A DNA stretch of 37,528 nt, taken from NCBI GenBank assembly GCA_032718475.1, contig JAUCBJ010005400.1, positions 1-37,528 on the forward strand, given 5' to 3'. Within the stretch, counting starts at the first letter, position 1; each line of letters opens with the position of its first letter. A program made the position numbers and the translations under genes. The notes beneath the pieces were generated by a model that searched no databases, was not told the origin of the DNA, and worked only from the letters and a program-made list of their open reading frames with translations. This document shows positions 8,701 to 23,430 of the stretch, one piece after another. The DNA comes from Nemertoderma westbladi. Lineage: Eukaryota > Animalia > Xenacoelomorpha.

Positions 8701-11700
8701 TGTAGAATGACCTATTTAATAAATAGTCAGATAGTTGAATGAGCTAGAATGACCTATTTTGGAAGAAGAATGTGCTACTGTAGAATGACCTATTAATAAA
8801 TAGTCAGATAGTAGAATGAGCTAGTATGACCTATTTTGGAAGAAGAATGTGCTACTGTAGAATGACCTATTAATAAATAGTCAGATAGTAGAATGAGCTA
8901 GAATGACCTATTTTGGAAGAAGAATGTGCTACTGTAGAATCACCTATTTAATAAATAGTAAGATAGTTGAATGAGCTAGAATGACCTATTTTGGAAGAAG
9001 AATGTGCTACTGTAGAATGACCTATTTAATAAATAGTCAGATAGTAGAATGAGCTAGAATGACCTATTTTGGAAGAAGAATGTGCTACTGTAGAATCACC
9101 TATTTAATAAATAGTCAGATAGTTGAATGAGCTAGAATGACCTATTTTGGAAGAAGAATGTGCTACTGTAGAATCACCTATTTAATAAATAGTAAGATAG
9201 TTGAATGAGCTAGAATGACCTGTTTTGGAAGAAGAATGTGCTACTGTAGAATGACCTATTTAATAAATAGTCAGATAGTAGAATGAGCTAGAATGACCTA
9301 TTTTGGAAAAAAAATGTGCTAGTGTAGAATCACCTATTTAATAAATAGTAAGATTGTTGAATGAGCTAGAATGACCTATTTTGGAAGAAGAATATGCTAC
9401 TGTAGAATCACCTATTAATAAATAGTCAGATAGTAGAATGAGCTAGAATGACCTATTTTGGAAGAAGAATGTGCTACTGTAGAATGACCTATTTTGGAAG
9501 AAGAATGTGCTACTGTAGAATCACCTATTAATAAATAGTCAGATAGTATAATGAGCTAGAATGACCTATTTTGGAAGAAGAATGTGCTACTGTAGAATCA
9601 CCTATTAATAAATAGTCAGATAGTAGAATGAGCTAGAATGACCTATTTTGGAAGAAGAATGTGCTACTGTAGAATCACCTATTAATAAATAGTCAGATAG
9701 TAGAATGAGCTAGAATGACCTATTTTGGAAGAAGAATGTGCTACTGTAGAATCACCTATTTAATAAATAGTAAGATAGTTGAATGAGCTAGAATGACCTA
9801 TTTTGGAAGAAGAATGTGCTACTGTAGAATCACCTATTAATAAATAGTCAGATAGTAGAATGAGCTAGAATGACCTATTTTGGAAGAAGAATGTGCTACT
9901 GTAGAATCACCTATTTAATAAATAGTAAGATAGTTGAATGAGCTAGAATGACCTATTTTGGAAGAAGAATGTGCTACTGTAGAATCACCTATTAATAAAT
10001 AGTCAGATAGTAGAATGAGCTAGAATGACCTATTTTGGAAGAAGAATGTGCTACTGTAGAATGACCTATTTTGGAAGAAGAATGTGCTACTGTAGAATCA
10101 CCTATTAATAAATAGTCAGATAGTATAATGAGCTAGAATGACCTATTTTGGAAGAAGAATGTGCTACTGTAGAATCACCTATTTAATAAATAGTCAGATA
10201 GTAGAATGAGCTAGAATAACCTATTTTGGAAGAAGAATGTGCTACTGTAGAATGACCTATTAATAAATAGTCAGATAGTATAATGAGCTAGAATGACCTA
10301 TTTTGGAAGAAGAATGTGCTACTGTAGAATCACCTATTTAATAAATAGTCAGATAGTAGAATGAGCTAGAATAACCTATTTTGGAAGAAGAATGTGCTAC
10401 TGTAGAATGACCTATTAATAAATAGTCAGATAGTAGAATGAGCTAGAATAACCTATTAATAAATAGTCAGATAGTATAATGAGCTAGAATGACCTATTAA
10501 TAAATAGTCAGATAGTATAATGAGCTAGAATGACCTATTAATAAATAGTCAGATAGTATAATGAGCTAGAATGACCTATTTTGGAAGAAGAATGTGCTAC
10601 TGTAGAATGACCTATTAATAAATAGTCAGATAGTAGAATGAGCTAGAATGACCTATTTTGGAAGAAGAATGTGCTACTGTAGAATCACCTATTTAATAAA
10701 TAGTCAGATAGTAGAATGAGCTAGAATGACCTATTTTGGAAGAAGAATGTGCTACTGTAGAATCACCTATTTAATAAATAGTCAGATAGTAGAATGAGCT
10801 AGAATAACCTATTTTGGAAGAAGAATGTGCTACTGTAGAATGACCTATTAATAAATAGTCAGATAGTAGAATGAGCTAGAATGACCTATTTTGAAAGAAG
10901 AATGTGCTACTGTAGAATGACCTATTAATAAATAGTCAGATAGTAGAATGAGCTAGTATGACCTATTTTGGAAGAAGAATGTGCTACTGTAGAATGACCT
11001 ATTAATAAATAGTCAGATAGTAGAATGAGCTAGAATGACCTATTTTGGAAGAAGAATGTGCTACTGTAGAATCACCTATTTAATAAATAGTAAGATAGTT
11101 GAATGAGCTAGAATGACCTATTTTGGAAGAAGAATGTGCTACTGTAGAATGACCTATTTAATAAATAGTCAGATAGTAGAATGAGCTAGAATGACCTATT
11201 TTGGAAGAAGAATGTGCTACTGTAGAATGACCTATTTAATAAATAGTCAGATAGTTGAATGAGCTAGAATGACCTATTTTGGAAGAAGAATGTGCTACTG
11301 TAGAATGACCTATTTAATAAATAGTCAGATAGTAGAATGAGCTAGAATGACCTATTTTGGAAGAAGAATGTGCTACTGTAGAATGACCTATTTAATAAAT
11401 AGTCAGATAGTAGAATGAGCTAGAATGACCTATTTTGGAAGAAGAATGTGCTACTGTAGAATCACCTATTTAATAAATAGTCAGATAGTAGAATGAGCTA
11501 GAATGACCTATTTTGGAAGAAGAATGTGCTACTGTAGAATGACCTATTTAATAAATAGTCAGATAGTTGAATGAGCTAGAATGACCTATTTTGGAAGAAG
11601 AATGTGCTACTGTAGAATCACCTATTAATAAATAGTCAGATAGTAGAATGAGCTAGAATGACCTATTTTGGAAGAAGAATGTGCTACTGTAGAATGACCT

Positions 11701-14700
11701 ATTTTGGAAGAAGAATGTGCTACTGTAGAATGACCTATTAATAAATAGTCAGATAGTAGAATGAGCTAGAATGACCTATTTTGGAAGAAGAATGTGCTAC
11801 TGTAGAATCACCTATTTAATAAATAGTAAGATAGTTGAATGAGCTAGAATGACCTATTTTGGAAGAAGAATGTGCTACTGTAGAATGACCTATTAATAAA
11901 TAGTCAGATAGTAGAATGAGCTAGAATGACCTATTTTGGAAGAAGAATGTGCTAGTGTAGAATGACCTATTAATAAATAGTCAGATAGTAGAATGAGCTA
12001 GAATGACCTATTTTGGAAGAAGAATGTGCTACTGTAGAATGACCTATTTAATAAATAGTCAGATAGTTGAATGAGCTAGAATGACCTATTTTGGAAGAAG
12101 AATGTGCTACTGTAGAATGACCTATTAATAAATAGTCAGATAGTAGAATGAGCTAGTATGACCTATTTTGGAAGAAGCATGTGCTACTGTAGAATGACCT
12201 ATTAATAAATAGTCAGATAGTAGAATGAGCTAGAATGACCTATTTTGGAAGAAGAATGTGCTACTGTAGAATCACCTATTTAATAAATAGTCAGATAGTA
12301 GAATGAGCTAGAATAACCTATTTTGGAAGAAGAATGTGCTACTGTAGAATGACCTATTAATAAATAGTCAGATAGTACTGTAGAATGAGCTAGAATAACC
12401 TATTAATAAATAGTCAGATAGTATAATGAGCTAGAATGACCTATTAATAAATAGTCAGATAGTATAATGAGCTAGAATGACCTATTAATAAATAGTCAGA
12501 TAGTATAATGAGCTAGAATGACCTATTTTGGAAGAAGAATGTGCTACTGTAGAATGACCTATTAATAAATAGTCAGATAGTAGAATGAGCTAGAATGACC
12601 TATTTTGGAAGAAGAATGTGCTACTGTAGAATCACCTATTTAATAAATAGTCAGATAGTAGAATGAGCTAGAATGACCTATTTTGGAAGAAGAATGTGCT
12701 ACTGTAGAATCACCTATTTAATAAATAGTCAGATAGTAGAATGAGCTAGAATAACCTATTTTGGAAGAAGAATGTGCTACTGTAGAATGACCTATTAATA
12801 AATAGTCAGATAGTAGAATGAGCTAGAATGACCTATTTTGGAAGAAGAATGTGCTACTGTAGAATAACCTATTAATAAATAGTCAGATAGTAGAATGAGC
12901 TAGTATGACCTATTTTGGAAGAAGAATGTGCTACTGTAGAATGACCTATTAATAAATAGTCAGATAGTAGAATGAGCTAGAATGACCTATTTTGGAAGAA
13001 GAATGTGCTACTGTAGAATCACCTATTTAATAAATAGTAAGATAGTTGAATGAGCTAGAATGACCTATTTTGGAAGAAGAATGTGCTACTGTAGAATGAC
13101 CTATTTAATAAATAGTCAGATAGTAGAATGAGCTAGAATGACCTATTTTGGAAGAAGAATGTGCTACTGTAGAATGACCTATTTAATAAATAGTCAGATA
13201 GTTGAATGAGCTAGAATGACCTATTTTGGAAGAAGAATGTGCTACTGTAGAATGACCTATTTAATAAATAGTCAGATAGTAGAATGAGCTAGAATGACCT
13301 ATTTTGGAAGAAGAATGTGCTACTGTAGAATGACCTATTTAATAAATAGTCAGATAGTAGAATGAGCTAGAATGACCTATTTTGGAAGAAGAATGTGCTA
13401 CTGTAGAATCACCTATTTAATAAATAGTCAGATAGTAGAATGAGCTAGAATGACCTATTTTGGAAGAAGAATGTGCTACTGTAGAATGACCTATTTAATA
13501 AATAGTCAGATAGTTGAATGAGCTAGAATGACCTATTTTGGAAGAAGAATGTGCTACTGTAGAATCACCTATTAATAAATAGTCAGATAGTAGAATGAGC
13601 TAGAATGACCTATTTTGGAAGAAGAATGTGCTACTGTAGAATGACCTATTTTGGAAGAAGAATGTGCTACTGTAGAATGACCTATTAATAAATAGTCAGA
13701 TAGTAGAATGAGCTAGAATGACCTATTTTGGAAGAAGAATGTGCTACTGTAGAATCACCTATTTAATAAATAGTAAGATAGTTGAATGAGCTAGAATGAC
13801 CTATTTTGGAAGAAGAATGTGCTACTGTAGAATGACCTATTAATAAATAGTCAGATAGTAGAATGAGCTAGAATGACCTATTTTGGAAGAAGAATGTGCT
13901 AGTGTAGAATGACCTATTAATAAATAGTCAGATAGTAGAATGAGCTAGAATGACCTATTTTGGAAGAAGAATGTGCTACTGTAGAATGACCTATTTAATA
14001 AATAGTCAGATAGTTGAATGAGCTAGAATGACCTATTTTGGAAGAAGAATGTGCTACTGTAGAATGACCTATTAATAAATAGTCAGATAGTAGAATGAGC
14101 TAGTATGACCTATTTTGGAAGAAGCATGTGCTACTGTAGAATGACCTATTAATAAATAGTCAGATAGTAGAATGAGCTAGAATGACCTATTTTGGAAGAA
14201 GAATGTGCTACTGTAGAATCACCTATTTAATAAATAGTAAGATAGTTGAATGAGCTAGAATGACCAATTTTGGAAGAAGAATGTGCTACTGTAGAATGAC
14301 CTATTTAATAAATCGTCAGATAGTAGAATGAACTAGAATGACCTATTTTGGAAGAAGAATGTGCTACTGTAGAATCACCTATTTAATAAATAGTCAGATA
14401 GTTGAATGAGCTAGAATGACCTATTTTGGAAGAAGAATGTGCTACTGTAGAATCACCTATTTAATAAATAGTAAGATAGTTGAATGAGCTAGAATGACCT
14501 GTTTTGGAAGAAAAATGTGCTACTGTAGAATGACCTATTTAATAAATAGTCAGATAGTAGAATGAGCTAGAATGACCTATTTTGGAAGAAGAATGTGCTA
14601 CTGTAGAATCACCTATTTAATAAATAGTAGGATAGTTGAATGAGCTAGAATGACCTGTTTTGGAAGAAGAATGTGCTACTGTAGAATCACCTATTAATAA

Positions 14701-17700
14701 ATAGTCAGATAGTAGAATGAGCTAGAATGACCTATTTTGGAAGAAGAATGTGCTACTGTAGAATGACCTATTTTGGAAGAAGAATGTGCTACTGTAGAAT
14801 CACCTATTAATAAATAGTCAGATAGTATAATGAGCTAGAATGACCTATTTTGGAAGAAGAATGTGCTACTGTAGAATCACCTATTAATAAATAGTCAGAT
14901 AGTATAATGAGCTAGAATGACCTATTTTGGAAGAAGAATGTGCTACTGTAGAATCACCTATTTTGGAAGAAGAATGTGCTACTGTAGAATCACCTATTAA
15001 TAAATAGTCAGATAGTATAATGAGCTAGAATGACCTATTTTGGAAGAAGAATGTGCTACTGTAGAATGACCAAAAAGAATGTGCTACTGTAGAATCACCT
15101 ATTAATAAATAGTCAGATAGTAGAATGAGCTAGAATGACCTATTTTGGAAGAAGAATGTGCTACTGTAGAATGACCTATTTAATAAATAGTCAGATAGTA
15201 GAATGAGCTAGAATGACCTATTTTGGAAGAAGAATGTGCTACTGTAGAATCACCTATTTAATAAATAGTCAGATAGTAGAATGAGCTAGAATGACCTATT
15301 TTGGAAGAAGAATGTGCTACTGTAGAATCACCTATTAATAAATAGTCAGATAGTAGAATGAGCTAGAATGACCTATTTTGGAAGAAGAATGTGCTACTGT
15401 AGAATGAACTATTAATAAATAGTCAGATAGTAGAATGAGCTAGAATGACCTATTTTGGAAGAAGAATGTGCTACTGTAGAATCACCTATTTAATAAATAG
15501 TCAGATAGTAGAATGAGCTAGAATGACCTATTTTGGAAGAAGAATGTGCTACTGTAGAATCACCTATTAATAAATAGTCAGATAGTAGAATGAGCTAGAA
15601 TGACCTATTTTGGAAGAAGAATGTGCTACTGTAGAATGACCTATTAATAAATAGTCAGATAGTAGAATGAGCTAGAATGACCTATTTTGGAAGAAGAATG
15701 TGCTACTGTAGAATCACCTATTAATAAATAGTCAGATAGTAGAATGAGCTAGAATGACCTATTTTGGAAGAAGAATGTGCTACTGTAGAATGACCTATTA
15801 ATAAATAGTCAGATAGTTGAATGAGCTAGAATAACCTATTTTGGAAGAAGAATGTGCTACTGTAGAATGACCTATTAATAAATAGTCAGATAGTAGAATG
15901 AGCTAGAATGACCTATTAATAAATAGTCAGATAGTAGAATGAGCTAGAATGACCTATTTTGGAAGAAGAATGTGCTACTGTAGAATCACCTATTAATAAA
16001 TAGTCAGATAGTAGAATGAGCTAGAATGACCTATTTTGGAAGAAGAATGTGCTACTGTAGAATGACCTATTAATAAATAGTCAGATAGTTGAATGAGCTA
16101 GAATAACCTATTTTGGAAGAAGAATGTGCTACTGTAGAATGACCTATTAATAAATAGTCAGATAGTAGAATGAGCTAGAATAACCTATTTTGGAAGAAGA
16201 ATGTGCTACTGTAGAATGACCAAAAAGAATGTGCTACTGTAGAATCACCTATTAATAAATAGTCAGATAGTAGAATGAGCTAGAATGACCTATTTTGGAA
16301 GAAGAATGTGCTACTGTAGAATGACCTATTTAATAAATAGTCAGATAGTAGAATGAGCTAGAATGACCTATTTTGGAAGAAGAATGTGCTACTGTAGAAT
16401 CACCTATTTAATAAATAGTCAGATAGTAGAATGAGCTAGAATGACCTATTTTGGAAGAAGAATGTGCTACTGTAGAATCACCTATTAATAAATAGTCAGA
16501 TAGTAGAATGAGCTAGAATGACCTATTTTGGAAGAAGAATGTGCTACTGTAGAATGAACTATTAATAAATAGTCAGATAGTAGAATGAGCTAGAATGACC
16601 TATTTTGGAAGAAGAATGTGCTACTGTAGAATCACCTATTTAATAAATAGTCAGATAGTAGAATGAGCTAGAATGACCTATTTTGGAAGAAGAATGTGCT
16701 ACTGTAGAATCACCTATTAATAAATAGTCAGATAGTAGAATGAGCTAGAATGACCTATTTTGGAAGAAGAATGTGCTACTGTAGAATGACCTATTAATAA
16801 ATAGTCAGATAGTAGAATGAGCTAGAATGACCTATTTTGGAAGAAGAATGTGCTACTGTAGAATCACCTATTAATAAATAGTCAGATAGTAGAATGAGCT
16901 AGAATGACCTATTTTGGAAGAAGAATGTGCTACTGTAGAATGACCTATTAATAAATAGTCAGATAGTTGAATGAGCTAGAATAACCTATTTTGGAAGAAG
17001 AATGTGCTACTGTAGAATGACCTATTAATAAATAGTCAGATAGTAGAATGAGCTAGAATGACCTATTAATAAATAGTCAGATAGTAGAATGAGCTAGAAT
17101 GACCTATTTTGGAAGAAGAATGTGCTACTGTAGAATCACCTATTAATAAATAGTCAGATAGTAGAATGAGCTAGAATGACCTATTTTGGAAGAAGAATGT
17201 GCTACTGTAGAATGACCTATTAATAAATAGTCAGATAGTTGAATGAGCTAGAATAACCTATTTTGGAAGAAGAATGTGCTACTGTAGAATGACCTATTAA
17301 TAAATAGTCAGATAGTAGAATGAGCTAGAATAACCTATTTTGGAAGAAGAATGTGCTACTGTAGAATGACCTATTAATAAATAGTCAGATAGTTGAATGA
17401 GCTAGAATAACCTATTTTGGAAGAAGAATGTGCTACTGTAGAATGACCTATTAATAAATAGTCAGATAGTAGAATGAGCTAGAATAACCTATTTTGGAAG
17501 AAGAATGTGCTACTGTAGAATGACCTATTAATAAATAGTCAGATAGTTGAATGAGCTAGAATAACCTATTTTGGAAGAAGAATGTGCTACTGTAGAATCA
17601 CCTATTAATAAATAGTCAGATAGTAGAATGAGCTAGAATGACCTATTTTGGAAGAAGAATGTGCTACTGTAGAATGACCTATTAATAAATAGTCAGATAG

Positions 17701-20700
17701 TTGAATGAGCTAGAATAACCTATTTTGGAAGAAGAATGTGCTACTGTAGAATGACCTATTAATAAATAGTCAGATAGTAGAATGAGCTAGAATAACCTAT
17801 TTTGGAAGAAGAATGTGCTACTGTAGAATGACCTATTAATAAATAGTCAGATAGTAGAATGAGCCAGAATAACCTATTTTGGAAGAAGAATGTGCTACTG
17901 TAGAATGACCTATTAATAAATAGTCAGATAGTTGAATGAGCTAGAATAACCTATTTTGGAAGAAGAATGTGCTACTGTAGAATGACCTATTAATAAATAG
18001 TCAGATAGTAGAATGAGCTAGAATAACCTATTTTGGAAGAAGAATGTGCTACTGTAGAATGACCTATTAATAAATAGTCAGATAGTAGAATGAGCTAGAA
18101 TGACCTATTTTGGAAGAAGAATGTGCTACTGTAGAATGACCTATTAATAAATAGTCAGATAGTAGAATGAGCTAGAATAACCTATTTTGGAAGAAGAATG
18201 TGCTACTGTAGAATCACCTATTAATAAATAGTCAGATAGTAGAATGAGCTAGAATAACCTATTTTGGAAGAAGAATGTGCTACTGTAGAATCACCTATTT
18301 AATAAATAGTCAGATAGTAGAATGAGCTAGAATGACCTATTTTGGAAGAAGAATGTGCTACTGTAGAATCACCTATTAATAAATAGTCAGATAGTAGAAT
18401 GAGCTAGAATGACCTATTTTGGAAGAAGAATGTGCTACTGTAGAATGACCTATTTAATAAATAGTCAGATAGTAGAATGAGCTAGAATGACCTATTTTGG
18501 AAGAAGAATGTGCTACTGTAGAATCACCTATTAATAAATAGTCAGATAGTATAATGAGCTAGAATGACCTATTTTGGAAGAAGAATGTGCTACTGTAGAA
18601 TCACCTATTAATAAATAGTCAGATAGTATAATGAGCTAGAATGACCTATTTTGGAAGAAGAATGTGCTACTGTAGAATCACCTATTTTGGAAGAAGAATG
18701 TGCTACTGTAGAATCACCTATTAATAAATAGTCAGATAGTATAATGAGCTAGAATGACCTATTTTGGAAGAAGAATGTGCTACTGTAGAATGACCAAAAA
18801 GAATGTGCTACTGTAGAATCACCTATTAATAAATAGTCAGATAGTAGAATGAGCTAGAATGACCTATTTTGGAAGAAGAATGTGCTACTGTAGAATGACC
18901 TATTTAATAAATAGTCAGATAGTAGAATGAGCTAGAATGACCTATTTTGGAAGAAGAATGTGCTACTGTAGAATCACCTATTTAATAAATAGTCAGATAG
19001 TAGAATGAGCTAGAATGACCTATTTTGGAAGAAGAATGTGCTACTGTAGAATCACCTATTAATAAATAGTCAGATAGTAGAATGAGCTAGAATGACCTAT
19101 TTTGGAAGAAGAATGTGCTACTGTAGAATGAACTATTAATAAATAGTCAGATAGTAGAATGAGCTAGAATGACCTATTTTGGAAGAAGAATGTGCTACTG
19201 TAGAATCACCTATTTAATAAATAGTCAGATAGTAGAATGAGCTAGAATGACCTATTTTGGAAGAAGAATGTGCTACTGTAGAATCACCTATTAATAAATA
19301 GTCAGATAGTAGAATGAGCTAGAATGACCTATTTTGGAAGAAGAATGTGCTACTGTAGAATGACCTATTAATAAATAGTCAGATAGTAGAATGAGCTAGA
19401 ATGACCTATTTTGGAAGAAGAATGTGCTACTGTAGAATCACCTATTAATAAATAGTCAGATAGTAGAATGAGCTAGAATGACCTATTTTGGAAGAAGAAT
19501 GTGCTACTGTAGAATGACCTATTAATAAATAGTCAGATAGTTGAATGAGCTAGAATAACCTATTTTGGAAGAAGAATGTGCTACTGTAGAATGACCTATT
19601 AATAAATAGTCAGATAGTAGAATGAGCTAGAATGACCTATTAATAAATAGTCAGATAGTAGAATGAGCTAGAATGACCTATTTTGGAAGAAGAATGTGCT
19701 ACTGTAGAATCACCTATTAATAAATAGTCAGATAGTAGAATGAGCTAGAATTACCTATTTTGGAAGAAGAATGTGCTACTGTAGAATGACCTATTAATAA
19801 ATAGTCAGATAGTTGAATGAGCTAGAATAACCTATTTTGGAAGAAGAATGTGCTACTGTAGAATGACCTATTAATAAATAGTCAGATAGTAGAATGAGCT
19901 AGAATAACCTATTTTGGAAGAAGAATGTGCTACTGTAGAATGACCTATTAATAAATAGTCAGATAGTTGAATGAGCTAGAATAACCTATTTTGGAAGAAG
20001 AATGTGCTACTGTAGAATGACCTATTAATAAATAGTCAGATAGTAGAATGAGCTAGAATAACCTATTTTGGAAGAAGAATGTGCTACTGTAGAATGACCT
20101 ATTAATAAATAGTCAGATAGTTGAATGAGCTAGAATAACCTATTTTGGAAGAAGAATGTGCTACTGTAGAATCACCTATTAATAAATAGTCAGATAGTAG
20201 AATGAGCTAGAATGACCTATTTTGGAAGAAGAATGTGCTACTGTAGAATGACCTATTAATAAATAGTCAGATAGTTGAATGAGCTAGAATAACCTATTTT
20301 GGAAGAAGAATGTGCTACTGTAGAATGACCTATTAATAAATAGTCAGATAGTAGAATGAGCTAGAATAACCTATTTTGGAAGAAGAATGTGCTACTGTAG
20401 AATGACCTATTAATAAATAGTCAGATAGTAGAATGAGCTAGAATAACCTATTTTGGAAGAAGAATGTGCTACTGTAGAATGACCTATTAATAAATAGTCA
20501 GATAGTTGAATGAGCTAGAATAACCTATTTTGGAAGAAGAATGTGCTACTGTAGAATGACCTATTAATAAATAGTCAGATAGTAGAATGAGCTAGAATAA
20601 CCTATTTTGGAAGAAGAATGTGCTACTGTAGAATGACCTATTAATAAATAGTCAGATAGTAGAATGAGCTAGAATGACCTATTTTGGAAGAAGAATGTGC

Positions 20701-23430
20701 TACTGTAGAATGACCTATTAATAAATAGTCAGATAGTAGAATGAGCTAGAATAACCTATTTTGGAAGAAGAATGTGCTACTGTAGAATCACCTATTAATA
20801 AATAGTCAGATAGTAGAATGAGCTAGAATAACCTATTTTGGAAGAAGAATGTGCTACTGTAGAATCACCTATTTAATAAATAGTCAGATAGTAGAATGAG
20901 CTAGAATGACCTATTTTGGAAGAAGAATGTGCTACTGTAGAATGACCTATTAATAAATAGTCAGATAGTAGAATGAGCTAGAATAACCTATTTTGGAAGA
21001 AGAATGTGCTACTGTAGAATGACCTATTAATAAATAGTCAGATAGTAGAATGAGCTAGAATGACCTATTTTGGAAGAAGAATGTGCTACTGTAGAATGAC
21101 CTATTAATAAATAGTCAGATAGTAGAATGAGCTAGAATAACCTATTTTGGAAGAAGAATGTGCTACTGTAGAATGACCTATTAATAAATAGTCAGATAGT
21201 AGAATGAGCTAGAATAACCTATTTTGGAAGAAGAATGTGCTACTGTAGAATGACCTATTAATAAATAGTCAGATAGTAGAATGAGCTAGAATGACCTATT
21301 TTGGAAGAAGAATGTGCTACTGTAGAATGACCTATTAATAAATAGTCAGATAGTAGAATGAGCTAGAATAACCTATTTTGGAAGAAGAATGTGCTACTGT
21401 AGAATGACCTATTAATAAATAGTCAGATAGTAGAATGAGCTAGAATGACCTATTTTGGAAGAAGAATGTGCTACTGTAGAATGACCTATTAATAAATAGT
21501 CAGATAGTAGAATGAGCTAGAATGACCTATTTTGGAAGAAGAATGTGCTACTGTAGAATGACCTATTAATAAATAGTCAGATAGTAGAATGAGCTAGAAT
21601 AACCTATTTTGGAAGAAGAATGTGCTACTGTAGAATGACCTATTAATAAATAGTCAGATAGTAGAATGAGCTAGAATGACCTATTTTGGAAGAAGAATGT
21701 GCTACTGTAGAATGACCTATTAATAAATAGTCAGATAGTAGAATGAGCTAGAATAACCTATTTTGGAAGAAGAATGTGCTACTGTAGAATGACCTATTAA
21801 TAAATAGTCAGATAGTAGAATGAGCTAGAATAACCTATTTTGGAAGAAGAATGTGCTACTGTAGAATCACCTATTTTGGAAGAAGAATGTGCTACTGTAG
21901 AATCACCTATTTAATAAATAGTCAGATAGTAGAATGAGCTAGAATAACCTATTTTGGAAGAAGAATGTGCTACTGTAGAATGACCTATTAATAAATAGTC
22001 AGATAGTAGAATGAGCTAGAATAACCTATTTTGGAAGAAGAATGTGCTACTGTAGAATCACCTATTTTGGAAGAAGAATATGCTACTGTAGAATCACCTA
22101 TTTAATAAATAGTCAGATAGTAGAATGAGCTAGAATGACCTATTTTGGAAGAAGAATGTGCTACTGTAGAATGACCTATTTAATAAATAGTCAGATAGTT
22201 GAATGAGCTAGAATGACCTATTTTGGAAGAAGAATGTGCTACTGTAGAATGACCTATTAATAAATAGTCAGATAGTAGAATGAGCTAGAATAACCTATTT
22301 TGGAAGAAGAATGTGCTACTGTTGAATCACCTATTAATAAATAGTCAGATAGTAGAATGAGCTAGAATAACCTATTTTGGAAGAAGAATGTGCTACTGTA
22401 GAATCACCTATTTTGGAAGAAGAATGTGCTACTGTAGAATCACCTATTTAATAAATAGTCAGATAGTAGAATGAGCTAGAATGACCTATTTTGGAAGAAG
22501 AATGTGCTACTGTAGAATGACCTATTTAATAAATAGTCAGATAGTTGAATGAGCTAGAATGACCTATTTTGGAAGAAGAATGTGCTACTGTAGAATGACC
22601 TATTAATAAATAGTCAGATAGTAGAATGAGCTAGAATAACCTATTTTGGAAGAAGAATGTGCTACTGTAGAATCACCTATTAATAAATAGTCAGATAGTA
22701 GAATGAGCTAGAATAACCTATTTTGGAAGAAGAATGTGCTACTGTAGAATCACCTATTTTGGAAGAAGAATGTGCTACTGTAGAATCACCTATTTAATAA
22801 ATAGTCAGATAGTAGAATGAGCTAGAATGACCTATTTTGGAAGAAGAATGTGCTACTGTAGAATGACCTATTTAATAAATAGTCAGATAGTTGAATGAGC
22901 TAGAATGACCTATTTTGGAAGAAGAATGTGCTACTGTAGAATGACCTATTAATAAATAGTCAGATAGTAGAATGAGCTAGAATAACCTATTTTGGAAGAA
23001 GAATGTGCTACTGTAGAATCACCTATTAATAAATAGTCAGATAGTAGAATGAGCTAGAATAACCTATTTTGGAAGAAGAATGTGCTACTGTAGAATCACC
23101 TATTTTGGAAGAAGAATGTGCTACTGTAGAATCACCTATTTAATAAATAGTCAGATAGTAGAATGAGCTAGAATGACCTATTTTGGAAGAAGAATGTGCT
23201 ACTGTAGAATGACCTATTTAATAAATAGTCAGATAGTTGAATGAGCTAGAATGACCTATTTTGGAAGAAGAATGTGCTACTGTAGAATGACCTATTAATA
23301 AATAGTCAGATAGTAGAATGAGCTAGAATAACCTATTTTGGAAGAAGAATGTGCTACTGTAGAATCACCTATTAATAAATAGTCAGATAGTAGAATGAGC
23401 TAGAATCACCTATTTAATAAATAGTCAGAT
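2729..23430. repeat. 20.7-kb satellite array with a 77-78 bp A+B dimer unit (roughly 270 dimers)
   Basis: A = CCTATT(T)AATAAATAGTCAGATAGTAGAATGAGCTAGAAT(G/A)A, 41-42 bp. B = CCTATTTTGGAAGAAGAATGTGCTACTGTAGAAT(G/C)A, 36 bp. The first period is 2729 to 2806. Units mostly alternate, with occasional AA, longer A runs and BB. Confidence 0.98.

Noticed and set aside
2729-23430. CRISPR-like appearance: a constant TAGAATNACCTATT junction separated by 22-28 bp segments
   Set aside because: Only two spacer types recur hundreds of times, there are no cas genes, and the context is eukaryotic. It is a satellite.
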